Shown piece after piece: positions 10,693 to 20,051 of a stretch of DNA of 64,000 nucleotides; positions within the stretch are counted from its first letter, which is position 1, and each line of letters opens with the position of its first letter. The position numbers were made by a program, and so were the translations under genes. The notes below the pieces were generated by a model. It had not been told where the DNA came from. It ran no database searches and saw only the letters and a list, made by a program, of their open reading frames with translations. The DNA is taken from NCBI GenBank assembly GCA_963662285.2, contig CAXXMV010000001.1:544001-608000 (forward strand), written 5' to 3'. Source of the DNA: a bacterium (GTDB taxonomy: Bacteria; Hinthialibacterota; Hinthialibacteria; Hinthialibacterales; Hinthialibacteraceae).

Positions 10693-10800
10693 TAGGCGTC
10701 ATTTATGGACGTCTTAGGTATGTTCTCACCAATTTTGGGTGACATACACCTCTCCTAAAGGCTCCTCCCTTATCTGCCCGATATACTGTGGGAGGAGCCT
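10693..10800 (+). ncRNA. Putative structured RNA element, copy 2 of tandem pair
   Basis: Same three-hairpin order. First two loops diverged, stems retained, TTATCTGCCCGATA loop segment identical. Confidence 0.45.
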
Positions 10801-10817
10801 ACCAAGGAGATGCAAAT

Positions 10818-10852
10818 CCTCTCTCCCTCCGGGAGAAGTTTAGGGTGAGGGG
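10818..10852 (+). repeat. CCCTCTCCC...GGGAGA...GGGTGAGGGG palindromic repeat (family C)
   Basis: Similar to 45824-45859, 52950-53022 and the truncated copy at 62190-62203. Confidence 0.6.
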
Positions 10853-10892
10853 TAATTAGAAACACTTTCCGGTAAAACGGGTAGGTAAAAAA

Positions 10893-12557
10893 ATGAACGA
10901 ATTACTAAAGAATATGGTCCAGTTGAATCAGTTGTCTTCTGACGATGCTGAGGAATTGCAGTCGATGTTAGATGCGGATGATTCTTTAGTTATGCATTCT
11001 GAAAAGGATATTCTGCAATGGTTGGCGGTTGAGTATGGCGTTTCATATACTGATCTGGAAGACATTGAACCTGATCGTCAATTACTTACGCAGTTTCCCG
11101 CCCGCGTACTGCTCAAAGAAGAAATCCTGCCGCTCAGGCGGATTAATGGCTCCGTAGAAATCGCCACCAGCCGCTTATTCTCTACCCAGGGCATAGATAA
11201 CCTTAAATCACTAACCGGGCTTAAACTTAATCCTGTTCTGGCGCCCCGTGAAGCGATCCAACGCGAGATGAAAAAACGTCTGGGCGTTGGCGCAGATACT
11301 ATCGATTCTCTCGAAGAAGAATCATCCTTGCAGGTGGTCGATGAATCGGCTAATGAAGACGCCGATCTGGATAACGCTGCGGAAGATGCATCCATCATAC
11401 GCTTCGTGAATCAGGTGCTGAGCGACGCCATCGACCTTCGGGCTACAGATATCCACTTGGAGCCTTTCGAAGATGAACTGCGTATACGTTACCGCATCGA
11501 TGGCGTCCTGCAGGATGTTCCAGTTCCATCTCAGATCAAGCGTTTTCAACCGGCCATTGTATCCCGCGTCAAGATTCTGAGCCATCTCAATATCGCCGAG
11601 AAGCGCTTGCCTCAGGATGGACGCATTAAAATTCGCATCAAAAGCGGTGAGGTCGATGTCCGCGTATCCATTATCCCCATGCTGCATGGCGAAGCCGTGG
11701 TCTTAAGGCTGCTGCGGCAGGATTCATCTTTACTTAACATGTCTTCACTTAAGATGGATACCAGGGAATTAAATATGTTTCGCCGGGTGCTCGGTATGCC
11801 GCACGGGATTATCCTGGTTACCGGACCGACGGGAAGTGGAAAAACCACTACCCTCTATACCGCCTTAAACGAGATAAATAACTCTGACCGTAAAATCATA
11901 ACCATAGAAGACCCTATTGAGTATCAGTTAAAAGGCATCAACCAGATTCAGGTTTCCGAGAAATCAGGCTTAACTTTTGCGCGGGGGTTGCGCTCCATTC
12001 TTCGACATGATCCTGATGTTATCCTGATCGGTGAAATCCGCGACGAAGAGACTGCTCAGATTGCAGTGCAGGCCTCGCTGACCGGGCACCTGGTTTTTTC
12101 CACTCTGCATACCAACGATGCCCCCGGCGCTTTGACCCGGTTGGTGGATATGGGAATTGAATCCTACCTGGTCGCATCATCTCTCGAAGCAGTTTTGGCT
12201 CAACGCCTGGTTCGCGTACTGTGTCCTGAATGCAAAGAGTTGGATCAATCGCCCAAAACGGCAGCTGTCAAAGAAAAATTAAACCTTCCCCCCGATTTAT
12301 CCTTATACAAGCCCATCGGTTGCTCTGCATGTCGCCAGACCGGATATTTTGGACGACGCGCCGTCTTTGAGATGATGAGCATCAACAACGAAATCCGCGA
12401 ATTACTGCTTAACGAGAGTTCCACTGGATTGGTCAGAGACGCCGCCCGACGCAGCGGAATGCGTCTGCTTAATGAAGACGGCTGGCGCCTGGTTCACGAA
12501 GGCGTAACCACCCTGGATGAAGTTCTTCGCGTCACCAAGGACGAGTGCGTTGACTAG
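10893..12557 (+). CDS. gspE: Type II secretion ATPase GspE/PulE
   Basis: GPTGSGKTT Walker A, TIEDPIE, LRHDPDVILIGEIRD, TGHLVFSTLHTN, CPEC/CSAC zinc site. Confidence 0.93.
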   Translation: MNELLKNMVQLNQLSSDDAEELQSMLDADDSLVMHSEKDILQWLAVEYGVSYTDLEDIEPDRQLLTQFPARVLLKEEILPLRRINGSVEIATSRLFSTQGIDNLKSLTGLKLNPVLAPREAIQREMKKRLGVGADTIDSLEEESSLQVVDESANEDADLDNAAEDASIIRFVNQVLSDAIDLRATDIHLEPFEDELRIRYRIDGVLQDVPVPSQIKRFQPAIVSRVKILSHLNIAEKRLPQDGRIKIRIKSGEVDVRVSIIPMLHGEAVVLRLLRQDSSLLNMSSLKMDTRELNMFRRVLGMPHGIILVTGPTGSGKTTTLYTALNEINNSDRKIITIEDPIEYQLKGINQIQVSEKSGLTFARGLRSILRHDPDVILIGEIRDEETAQIAVQASLTGHLVFSTLHTNDAPGALTRLVDMGIESYLVASSLEAVLAQRLVRVLCPECKELDQSPKTAAVKEKLNLPPDLSLYKPIGCSACRQTGYFGRRAVFEMMSINNEIRELLLNESSTGLVRDAARRSGMRLLNEDGWRLVHEGVTTLDEVLRVTKDECVD

Positions 12558-12621
12558 AGCAATTCACGAAAATCAGAACTTAATTATGAGGAACACTCGA
12601 TTTTAGCTGAAAGGAAAGATC

Positions 12622-13860
12622 GTGGCTCTTTATCAATATCGCGTTATTCAATCTGATGGCCTAATGGCTGAAGGAAGCATCGAAGCCAAAGGGCGCCATG
12701 ACGCCTTGGCTCAGTTGGAATTGAAAGGCTGGCAACCTGTCAGTCTTGCAGAAAAGGAAAACGAAGCAACCAATGGAAAGAGTAAAACTTTCTCTGGCTT
12801 AAGCGGCTTCCTTAAATCATCCAAAGTATCTTTTCGCGATCTTGAAAATTTCACCCGCATGTTATCCAGTTTGCTGGCGGCAGGCGTTCCTCTAAGCCGG
12901 GCGCTAGTCGTGCTATGCAAAGAAGCCTCATCGCCTGTAGCCAAAGAAAAATGGCAGGAAATTCACGGCCTGGTTATTGATGGCATGTCATTGGCTGAAG
13001 CCATGTCTCATTCACCTGATATCTTTCCACGGGTTTACTCCGCAATGGTCCAGGCTGGTGAAACCGGCGGCTTTCTCGATTTGGTTCTGAGCCAGATATC
13101 AGATTTTCAAGTGCGCGAAAAAGATTTACGCTCCAAAGTCATGACCGCATTGATTTATCCGGCAGTTTTGCTGGTGCTGGCGTTAGCGGTGCTGGTTTTT
13201 CTATTGGTCTTTTTTATTCCCAGGTTTCAAGCAATCTTTTCCGGCTTCGGCGCCGCGCTGCCTCTGATTACCCGTATTATTGTCGGCGCCAGTGAATTTG
13301 TCCGTTCCTATGGCTTTTTTATCGCTCTTGGAATCGGCGGCGTTATTTATTTAACCAATACCTGGATTAAAACCGAAAAGGGCAAACGCTTGAAAGAAGA
13401 ATGGCTGCTTCGTCTGCCAATCATTGGACCGCTAATAGCCCGGTTCGCCATGGCCCGGTTTTGCCGTATGCTTGGTACCTTGATTGGCGCGGACGTGCCA
13501 TTGATCAATGCCCTGAACGTGGCGCGCCGTTCAATCAATAATCAGATACTGGTCGACGCAGTGGCTCAATCGATTGAAGGCGTCAAGCAGGGCGGACAAT
13601 TAGCCCACAGTCTTTCCGGATGCAAGCAGCTCTTTTCCGGCTCGGTGCTGGAGATGATCGCCGTGGCTGAAGAGTCGGGGCGGTTGGATCAAGAACTGGT
13701 GCGTCTGGCTGAAGTGACGGAACAGGAACTCGATCGGGGGCTGAAGACCGCTGTCGCGTTGACTGAACCGATTATGCTTTTTCTGATAGCAGGTTTTATC
13801 GGATTTATTTTTATCGGGATGGTGATCCCCATTTTTACTATCCAGGATTACATCAAATAG
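12622..13860 (+). CDS. gspF: Type II secretion inner-membrane platform protein GspF
   Basis: Two T2SSF domains (AGETGGFL, AEESGRLD, EPIML), three TM segments. Confidence 0.92.
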   Translation: MALYQYRVIQSDGLMAEGSIEAKGRHDALAQLELKGWQPVSLAEKENEATNGKSKTFSGLSGFLKSSKVSFRDLENFTRMLSSLLAAGVPLSRALVVLCKEASSPVAKEKWQEIHGLVIDGMSLAEAMSHSPDIFPRVYSAMVQAGETGGFLDLVLSQISDFQVREKDLRSKVMTALIYPAVLLVLALAVLVFLLVFFIPRFQAIFSGFGAALPLITRIIVGASEFVRSYGFFIALGIGGVIYLTNTWIKTEKGKRLKEEWLLRLPIIGPLIARFAMARFCRMLGTLIGADVPLINALNVARRSINNQILVDAVAQSIEGVKQGGQLAHSLSGCKQLFSGSVLEMIAVAEESGRLDQELVRLAEVTEQELDRGLKTAVALTEPIMLFLIAGFIGFIFIGMVIPIFTIQDYIK

Positions 13861-13878
13861 GCCTATGGAGGTTTTGTC

Positions 13879-14349
13879 ATGATTTATAAAAACAATACTG
13901 TTCTAACGACCAATAAGCATCGTAACCGAGCGGCTCAAAGGGGTTTTACGCTGGTCGAAATGCTGTTAGTGCTGGTTATCCTCGCTACCCTGGCAGCTAT
14001 CGTGGTTCCCAAATTCGCCGGCAGAAGCGAGCAGGCCAAGGTTACTGCGGCGCAGACCCAGATCGCTAATTTCGAGATTGTACTCGACGCCTTCGAGGTT
14101 GATAACGGCTTCTATCCCAAGGGCAGCGATGGACTTGAGGCTCTGGTTGATAAACCAAGTAATGCCAATAACTGGCATGGACCATACCTGAAACAGGATA
14201 TTCCTCTCGACCCCTGGGGCAATGAATATGTCTATGAGAATCCGGGTAAATACAATTCCGAAGCTTATGACCTGTATTCTCTGGGACCGGATGGACGAGT
14301 GGGCGGCGATGATGATATCACTAACTGGAAGACGACCCAAAAACGCTAA
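13879..14349 (+). CDS. gspG: Major pseudopilin GspG
   Basis: RGFTLVEML class III signal, WHGPYL, DPWGNEY, SLGPDG...DDITNW. Confidence 0.93.
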   Translation: MIYKNNTVLTTNKHRNRAAQRGFTLVEMLLVLVILATLAAIVVPKFAGRSEQAKVTAAQTQIANFEIVLDAFEVDNGFYPKGSDGLEALVDKPSNANNWHGPYLKQDIPLDPWGNEYVYENPGKYNSEAYDLYSLGPDGRVGGDDDITNWKTTQKR

Positions 14350-14863
14350 ACCGGGAACTCGCTTCGATAAGGGATTCACTCTTATCGAATTGATTCTGGT
14401 TATGGCCATGCTCTCGGCGGTTATCGCCGCATCGGCTCAATCGCTATCCCGTTTCTTCTATGGACGAGCTATTGAGGAAGAAGCCGGGCGCTTTTTGTCG
14501 ATGATTAATTACACCCGAAGCCAGGCCATATCCACCTCGGTTCCCATGCAACTATGGATCGAACCGGATCAAGGTCAATACGGCATCTCTCCATTAGAAG
14601 GTTATCAATGGGCGGCTGGCGAGTTGATTGAACTTGAGATTAACGAAGACGTCCAAATGGATTTGTCGCAGCAGGTCAATAATATGCTGGATGATTACCG
14701 GATCATTTTTTTACCGGATGGTTCATTAGACGAAACCAGCGTCAAGACGCTCAGTTTTACAAATCTGAGGAATGACTCGATCTATATAGCCCAAATCGGT
14801 TTAATGGGTGAATACCGGGTATTAGGCGAATATGATGCGCAATTGTATGGCGTTAATCAATGA
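14309..14863 (+). CDS. gspH: Minor pseudopilin GspH-like
   Basis: KGFTLIELILV prepilin motif, IIFLPDG. Likely start 14309/14312 overlapping the gspG end (ORF track starts at 14222). Confidence 0.78.
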   Translation: MMISLTGRRPKNAKPGTRFDKGFTLIELILVMAMLSAVIAASAQSLSRFFYGRAIEEEAGRFLSMINYTRSQAISTSVPMQLWIEPDQGQYGISPLEGYQWAAGELIELEINEDVQMDLSQQVNNMLDDYRIIFLPDGSLDETSVKTLSFTNLRNDSIYIAQIGLMGEYRVLGEYDAQLYGVNQ

Positions 14864-15269
14864 CGGCGAACCGGAACCGCTGCAAGCGGTTCCCTATAAT
14901 AGCCAACGGGGCTTCACCTTTGTTGAAGTGCTGGTTGCCATGCTATTCGTCGCCATTGTCATACCCATCGCCTTACAGGGCATCGCGCTTGCCGCCAAAT
15001 CGGGCAATATCGCTGAACGGAAAATGACTGCTTCGATATTAGCCGAAAAAAAGTTGAACGAAATCATCATCACTGAACAATGGGATGCCGGTGAAAACCA
15101 GGGAACCTTTGGCGAAGAATGGCCTGAATACTCTTGGCAATTGATTAGTGAATCCTGGAATGTTGATTCCATGACAATAATCACGCTGGTTGCATCGTTT
15201 GAAGTACAACAGAGAAAATACAGCGTTGAGATAAGCGCCTTAGTGGATGATTCGGCGGAAGAGGAATGA
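14832..15269 (+). CDS. gspI: Minor pseudopilin GspI-like
   Basis: RGFTFVEVLVAM prepilin motif and operon position. Confidence 0.78.
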   Translation: MMRNCMALINDGEPEPLQAVPYNSQRGFTFVEVLVAMLFVAIVIPIALQGIALAAKSGNIAERKMTASILAEKKLNEIIITEQWDAGENQGTFGEEWPEYSWQLISESWNVDSMTIITLVASFEVQQRKYSVEISALVDDSAEEE

Positions 15270-16114
15270 TGAATCGTTTACCCATTGATTCCCATAAGGA
15301 CGGCAATAGCGGCTTCACCCTCATTGAGGTGTTGGTAGCCACTGTTATGTTCGCCATCATCCTCGCCGCTTTGAATACGGTTCTATGGGCTTCTATGCAG
15401 CTGCGCGAAAAAATGGACGATCAAATAAAAGAACGCAAACCACAGAATTATTCGCTCTCAATAATCAAACGCGATCTGCTCAATATCGTCCCCCAAAACG
15501 GCGTGCTCAACGGTTCCCTGATAGGCGAGAACCAAGGCGCCATGAGTCAGCGCATGGATTATCTGGAATTCTATTCCTCCACTGGAATTATAAACGATAA
15601 TAATCCCTGGGGAGATGTCCAAAAAATTGAATACTACCTGGCTGATTATAAGATGGATCATGAGATTATTGATCCCACTCAGGGTAAAACTCTGGTTCGC
15701 GTTGTTACCCGCAATCTGCTCTCCACCGCTGTAGAGATTCCCGAAGAGCAGCCTTTGTTGAATAATATTCTCTCTTTAGAATTTAATTACTACGATGGTG
15801 AGGAATGGCTCCAAACCTGGGATTCAACCACCCAAGACCCTCCCATGCCTTTGGCCATTCATATGCGCATCGAATTCGAAGAGGAATTACCTGATGAAAA
15901 CAAGAACAATAATTTTGAAATAGATAATGAACAAATCATTCCTCCACTCGAAACCATAATACCAATTGCCGCAGTTGCTATGGCGGAAGAGGAAGAATCG
16001 ACTGAAGCAGAAGACGGCGCAACCAATCCGGAAGAAATCCCCGAAGGTAATCAGGATAATAATAGCAACGCTTCCGGTCCGGGCGGCGGGCGAGGGGAGA
16101 TGCAAAGCCAATGA
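15266..16114 (+). CDS. gspJ: Minor pseudopilin GspJ-like
   Basis: GFTLIEVLVA, LEFNYYDGEEWLQTWDS...PLAI motif, acidic tail. Confidence 0.82.
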   Translation: MMNRLPIDSHKDGNSGFTLIEVLVATVMFAIILAALNTVLWASMQLREKMDDQIKERKPQNYSLSIIKRDLLNIVPQNGVLNGSLIGENQGAMSQRMDYLEFYSSTGIINDNNPWGDVQKIEYYLADYKMDHEIIDPTQGKTLVRVVTRNLLSTAVEIPEEQPLLNNILSLEFNYYDGEEWLQTWDSTTQDPPMPLAIHMRIEFEEELPDENKNNNFEIDNEQIIPPLETIIPIAAVAMAEEEESTEAEDGATNPEEIPEGNQDNNSNASGPGGGRGEMQSQ

Positions 16115-17472
16115 AATACTACTCTGGCAGCATTTACCGTTCAAAACGTCTTCCCTTCCAGCAAGGATCGGTTTTGATCATTGTGCTTTGGATAACCTCC
16201 GGTCTGGTCTCTATCGCTTTGTTGTTCGGATATTCCATGACTTTGGAATACCGCGCAGCGGATAACTCACTCGCCAGTATGCAGGCTGCTCAGGCGGTCG
16301 AAAGCGCGGTGCGTTACGTAAAATACATTATCACCAACGCCGAAGAGAAGGGCAAACTGCCTGATATTGATGAATACGAAACTAAATGGGTCGAGATGAG
16401 AGAATCAACCTTCTGGCTTATTGGTCGATCCAATGGCGACGCTATGAATGACGCATTGGTCAGCGGTTTGATTTGCGAATCTTCTAAATTGAATCTCAAT
16501 ACCGCCACCCAGGAAATGCTGGAAGGTCTTCCTTATATGACGGCTGAACTGGCCGCCGCCATTATCGATTGGCGTGATGAAGATGATGATATATCAACCA
16601 ATGGCGCCGAGTCGGAATCTTATCTGATGCGTTCACCCGCTTACGAATGCAAAAACGCTCCTTTTGAAACCATAGAGGAACTGCATCTGCTGATAGGCGC
16701 TGATTGGAACATTCTCTATGGCGAAGACGCTAACCGTAATGGCATTTTGGATGCCAACGAAAACGACGGCGCTGAATCATTCCCCGAAGATAACCGGGAT
16801 GGCCGGCTCGATTGCGGCATTCTGGAATATGTCACCATTTACAGCAGCGAACCTAATAAGGACAGCGATGGCGAAGAGCGCATCAATATTAACGGCGAAG
16901 ATTCTCAAGAATTAATAACGCTGCTTCAAGAAAAGTTAGGCGAAGACGCCGCCAATGACATCCAACAAAAACTTGGCGCTGGTCAAACCGAATATCAAAG
17001 CATCCTGCAATTCTTCGTTCAAAGCGGCATGGATGCTGACGATTTCGCCCTCATAGCTGACCGCATCACCATTTCGGATGAATCCCGCAAGGGATTGGTC
17101 AATGTCAATACGGCGCCGCAAGAAGTACTGGCCTGTATTCCGGGCATTGGTACTGATAACGCATCCAGCCTGGTGGTGTACCGGCAGTCAAATCCTGAAA
17201 GCATCGACAGCGTAGCCTGGTTAACCAAGGTTTTGGATGAACAAGATGCTATAGAAGCCGGGCCGTATGTTACCGTAAATAGTTATCAATTTACCGCTGA
17301 TGTGGTCGCCGTAGGCCATGATGGAAAAGGATGCCAACGGTCAGTTTTTATCATTGATGCGAGCGGTGAAGAACCGGAAATTCGATACCGTAAGGATATG
17401 AATCGTTTAGGATGGGCTTTGGGCGAACAGACCTATAGAGAAATCGCCCTGGCGAAGGATAATCAAAAGTGA
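16111..17472 (+). CDS. gspK: Minor pseudopilin GspK
   Basis: GSVLIIVLW, ESSKLNLN, AAIIDWRD, KNAPFETIEEL, HhH-like VNVNTA. Confidence 0.87.
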   Translation: MKYYSGSIYRSKRLPFQQGSVLIIVLWITSGLVSIALLFGYSMTLEYRAADNSLASMQAAQAVESAVRYVKYIITNAEEKGKLPDIDEYETKWVEMRESTFWLIGRSNGDAMNDALVSGLICESSKLNLNTATQEMLEGLPYMTAELAAAIIDWRDEDDDISTNGAESESYLMRSPAYECKNAPFETIEELHLLIGADWNILYGEDANRNGILDANENDGAESFPEDNRDGRLDCGILEYVTIYSSEPNKDSDGEERININGEDSQELITLLQEKLGEDAANDIQQKLGAGQTEYQSILQFFVQSGMDADDFALIADRITISDESRKGLVNVNTAPQEVLACIPGIGTDNASSLVVYRQSNPESIDSVAWLTKVLDEQDAIEAGPYVTVNSYQFTADVVAVGHDGKGCQRSVFIIDASGEEPEIRYRKDMNRLGWALGEQTYREIALAKDNQK

Positions 17473-18893
17473 TTGACATGAAATCTACAGGATATAAATC
17501 CCTGGTCGGGATCGCTTTGGTTGAAGGCGGCATGAATGTCGCCCTGATGGCGCGCAATGGCGGCGGCTTAAAGATGCAAAAGTGTTTTTTCGCTCCCTTG
17601 TCGCTCGATCCATTAACCAACGATCCCGAACTGGTCGGACGTGAGATTCGCGGAAAACTGGATGAACAACACATCCGTGAAAGCCGTTGCGTAGTCTGCA
17701 TTCCCTTTAACTGGATACTGACCCAACAAATAGATTTGCCGGAGTTGTCTGATAATGATGAAAAGGAATACGTTAACCTTCATGTAGAGCGCGAATTCCC
17801 CTTTCATCCAGATGACCTTTCAGTCTCTATCTCACGTTACAGTAGTATGGGAAATCAGCGGGCTACCATTGCCGCAGTACCCCATAAGCATATTTCCTCC
17901 TTAAAGAAATCTATTAAATCCGCCAGGCTCAACTTGGTTGGCGTAACGGTTGGCATCGCCTCTAGTCAGGATATCAAAGATAATAAAAGTAAGGTAATTA
18001 TCCAGGGAGAGCGCTCCGGCATCGAATTAGTGGTTGTCGCCGGCGGCGGCGTTGCGGCGATGCGGCGCCTGCATAATGTATTTGAAGAAAGCGATTCCAC
18101 TCAGGATTCTCTTGATTCGTTGACGCGAGATATCCGCATTACTCTGGGACGCCTTTCGCATGAGTTAAAAGATGAACTGCGTGAATTCTATATTGTAGGC
18201 GATGAGCGCGTCGCACAGTATCTGACCGAAAGTCTTGGCGCGTCGGCTGATCGATGGGGAATGTCGATTGCAACCGAAAATGGTCATAAAGATTATTTAT
18301 CCAGTTCTTCTATGCCCGTGCGGCTTCCTTTCGCGTCATTGCTCGATTCTCTCTCCGGCTATTTAACCAAAGGTTCCGCCATCTTCGAGTTCCTCCCGCC
18401 GCGCGTCAGCAGCCTTAAACAGATCACCCAGCGGATTGCTTCACGGGGCAACCTATGCCTGGGCGCGGCTGCCTGCGCATTTTTGATGATTACCATCGCG
18501 GCCTTTGGCTATCAGCATTTCCAACTGGCGAATCTTGATTCCCAATGGGAAGATATGGCCGACCGCGTTGCAGAAATTGAAGCGCTGCAAAATAACATTC
18601 GGCAATTCCGCTCCTGGTACGACTCTTCAGCTCCTAGTTTATCCTCCATTAGAACTTTGGTGCGTGCCTTTCCAGAGGATGGCGCCGTTTGGATCAAATC
18701 GCTCAAGATAGATGACAGGTCTCAAGTGGCCTGCACCGGATTTGCTCGAAGTAATCGAGAGTGGCTCAGCACAATTGACCGTCTACAAAAAATGGAAAGC
18801 GTCAAAGATTTTCAACTAAAACAATTTCAGGGCAAAGTACCTTTAGGCTTTATGGTTGAATATCGTTGGATTGGCGGGTATGACAATGACTAA
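17469..18893 (+). CDS. GspL/PilM-PilN-like assembly protein
   Basis: Operon position; large cytoplasmic N-region, single TM, PilN-like C-terminal domain. Confidence 0.65.
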   Translation: MIDMKSTGYKSLVGIALVEGGMNVALMARNGGGLKMQKCFFAPLSLDPLTNDPELVGREIRGKLDEQHIRESRCVVCIPFNWILTQQIDLPELSDNDEKEYVNLHVEREFPFHPDDLSVSISRYSSMGNQRATIAAVPHKHISSLKKSIKSARLNLVGVTVGIASSQDIKDNKSKVIIQGERSGIELVVVAGGGVAAMRRLHNVFEESDSTQDSLDSLTRDIRITLGRLSHELKDELREFYIVGDERVAQYLTESLGASADRWGMSIATENGHKDYLSSSSMPVRLPFASLLDSLSGYLTKGSAIFEFLPPRVSSLKQITQRIASRGNLCLGAAACAFLMITIAAFGYQHFQLANLDSQWEDMADRVAEIEALQNNIRQFRSWYDSSAPSLSSIRTLVRAFPEDGAVWIKSLKIDDRSQVACTGFARSNREWLSTIDRLQKMESVKDFQLKQFQGKVPLGFMVEYRWIGGYDND

Positions 18894-19419
18894 TCAATCA
18901 CAACAAAAAATATTGAAAATCGTCGCCGTTCTATGCGTCTGCGCTCTGATTGGCGACCGTTTGGTTTTCTCTCCACTCTTGAGTTTATGGGATGACCGAA
19001 GCCAACAGATTCAAGAACTGAAAAAATCAGTCGCTAAAGGAACCTTGCTCCTGGAACGTGAGGATGCCTTAACCAAACAATGGTCTGATATGAAGAATAA
19101 CGCTCTTCCCAAAGAAATGTCTGCGGCCGAAAACCAGGTCATCAAGGCCATTGACCGCTGGGTGCGCGACAGCCGGGTCAATCTGGTCTCCATCAAACCA
19201 CAATGGAAACGGGAGGATGACGCCTATCAAACCTTTGAATGCCGGGCGGTTGCTCAAGGAAATATGCAAACCTTGGCGCGTTTCATTTATGAACTTGAAC
19301 AGGATGAAGGCGCCATTAAAGTGGAAAGCCTCGATATCACTTCCAACGACGACAAGGGATCATCTTTAAACATGGCGGTTCGTTTCAGCGGACTCCAGTT
19401 CTCGGAGGTTAAAAAATGA
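18880..19419 (+). CDS. GspM/PilO-like protein
   Basis: N-terminal TM, coiled coil, GNMQTLARFIYELE ferredoxin-like fold motif. Confidence 0.7.
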   Translation: MTMTNQSQQKILKIVAVLCVCALIGDRLVFSPLLSLWDDRSQQIQELKKSVAKGTLLLEREDALTKQWSDMKNNALPKEMSAAENQVIKAIDRWVRDSRVNLVSIKPQWKREDDAYQTFECRAVAQGNMQTLARFIYELEQDEGAIKVESLDITSNDDKGSSLNMAVRFSGLQFSEVKK

Positions 19420-20051
19420 AACCCCATAATAACGTTATACCTGGATTCCGGTTTACGCCATGCATCTGTTTTATACTTGCGGCGCTATGTTTTACAACGA
19501 ACTCTTTCGCTGCGGAAGAGAACAAGATTACCGGTCCGGCTTTTGAAGAGTTTCAAATCGTTTTTGAAAAGAATATATTTAACCCGGACCGACGCAGCCT
19601 ATCCAAAGGGCCTATAACTATAGCGCCTCCAGCGCCAAAAGTTGAATCTAACTATCTGCTTGGCACATTGATATCCAATGACGGCGCCTATGCTTTTTTT
19701 GAAAATTCAGGACAAAGCGGCGACAGCGTCCTTAAAGTAGGCGATGACTTTTGCGGACGCAGCATCCTCTCCATCAATACCTCCTCTATCAAATTGAAAG
19801 AGGCTACTCAAACTATCGACCTTACTGTTGGTATGGGATTACAACGGATAGCGGATGGAGCATGGACCCTTGCAAATTCTCCTATAAATATTGCTCGCAA
19901 CACTAATCGTAAACCTGGTCAGGAATCACCCGATTTAAAGCAGGATAATAATGATGCATCTGAGAAATCCACACCAGATTCCGCTGATAATTCATCTAAT
20001 GATATTCTCAAAAAATTAATGGAACGAAGAAAGCAGGAGATGCAAAAATGA
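19416..20051 (+). CDS. GspC/PilP-like exported protein
   Basis: Signal sequence, KNIFNP...LLGT...AFF...LKVGD pattern typical of HR/PilP domains, immediately before the secretin genes. Confidence 0.55.
   Translation: MKPHNNVIPGFRFTPCICFILAALCFTTNSFAAEENKITGPAFEEFQIVFEKNIFNPDRRSLSKGPITIAPPAPKVESNYLLGTLISNDGAYAFFENSGQSGDSVLKVGDDFCGRSILSINTSSIKLKEATQTIDLTVGMGLQRIADGAWTLANSPINIARNTNRKPGQESPDLKQDNNDASEKSTPDSADNSSNDILKKLMERRKQEMQK

Noticed and set aside
10434-10800. Minus-strand mini-ORFs (MSPKIGENIPKTS.. / VLSGDGDNIPETS..) or a c-di-GMP riboswitch
   Set aside because: ORF lengths and stops differ between copies; no GEMM consensus (GGCAAAC/GAAA/GCAAAGC) is visible
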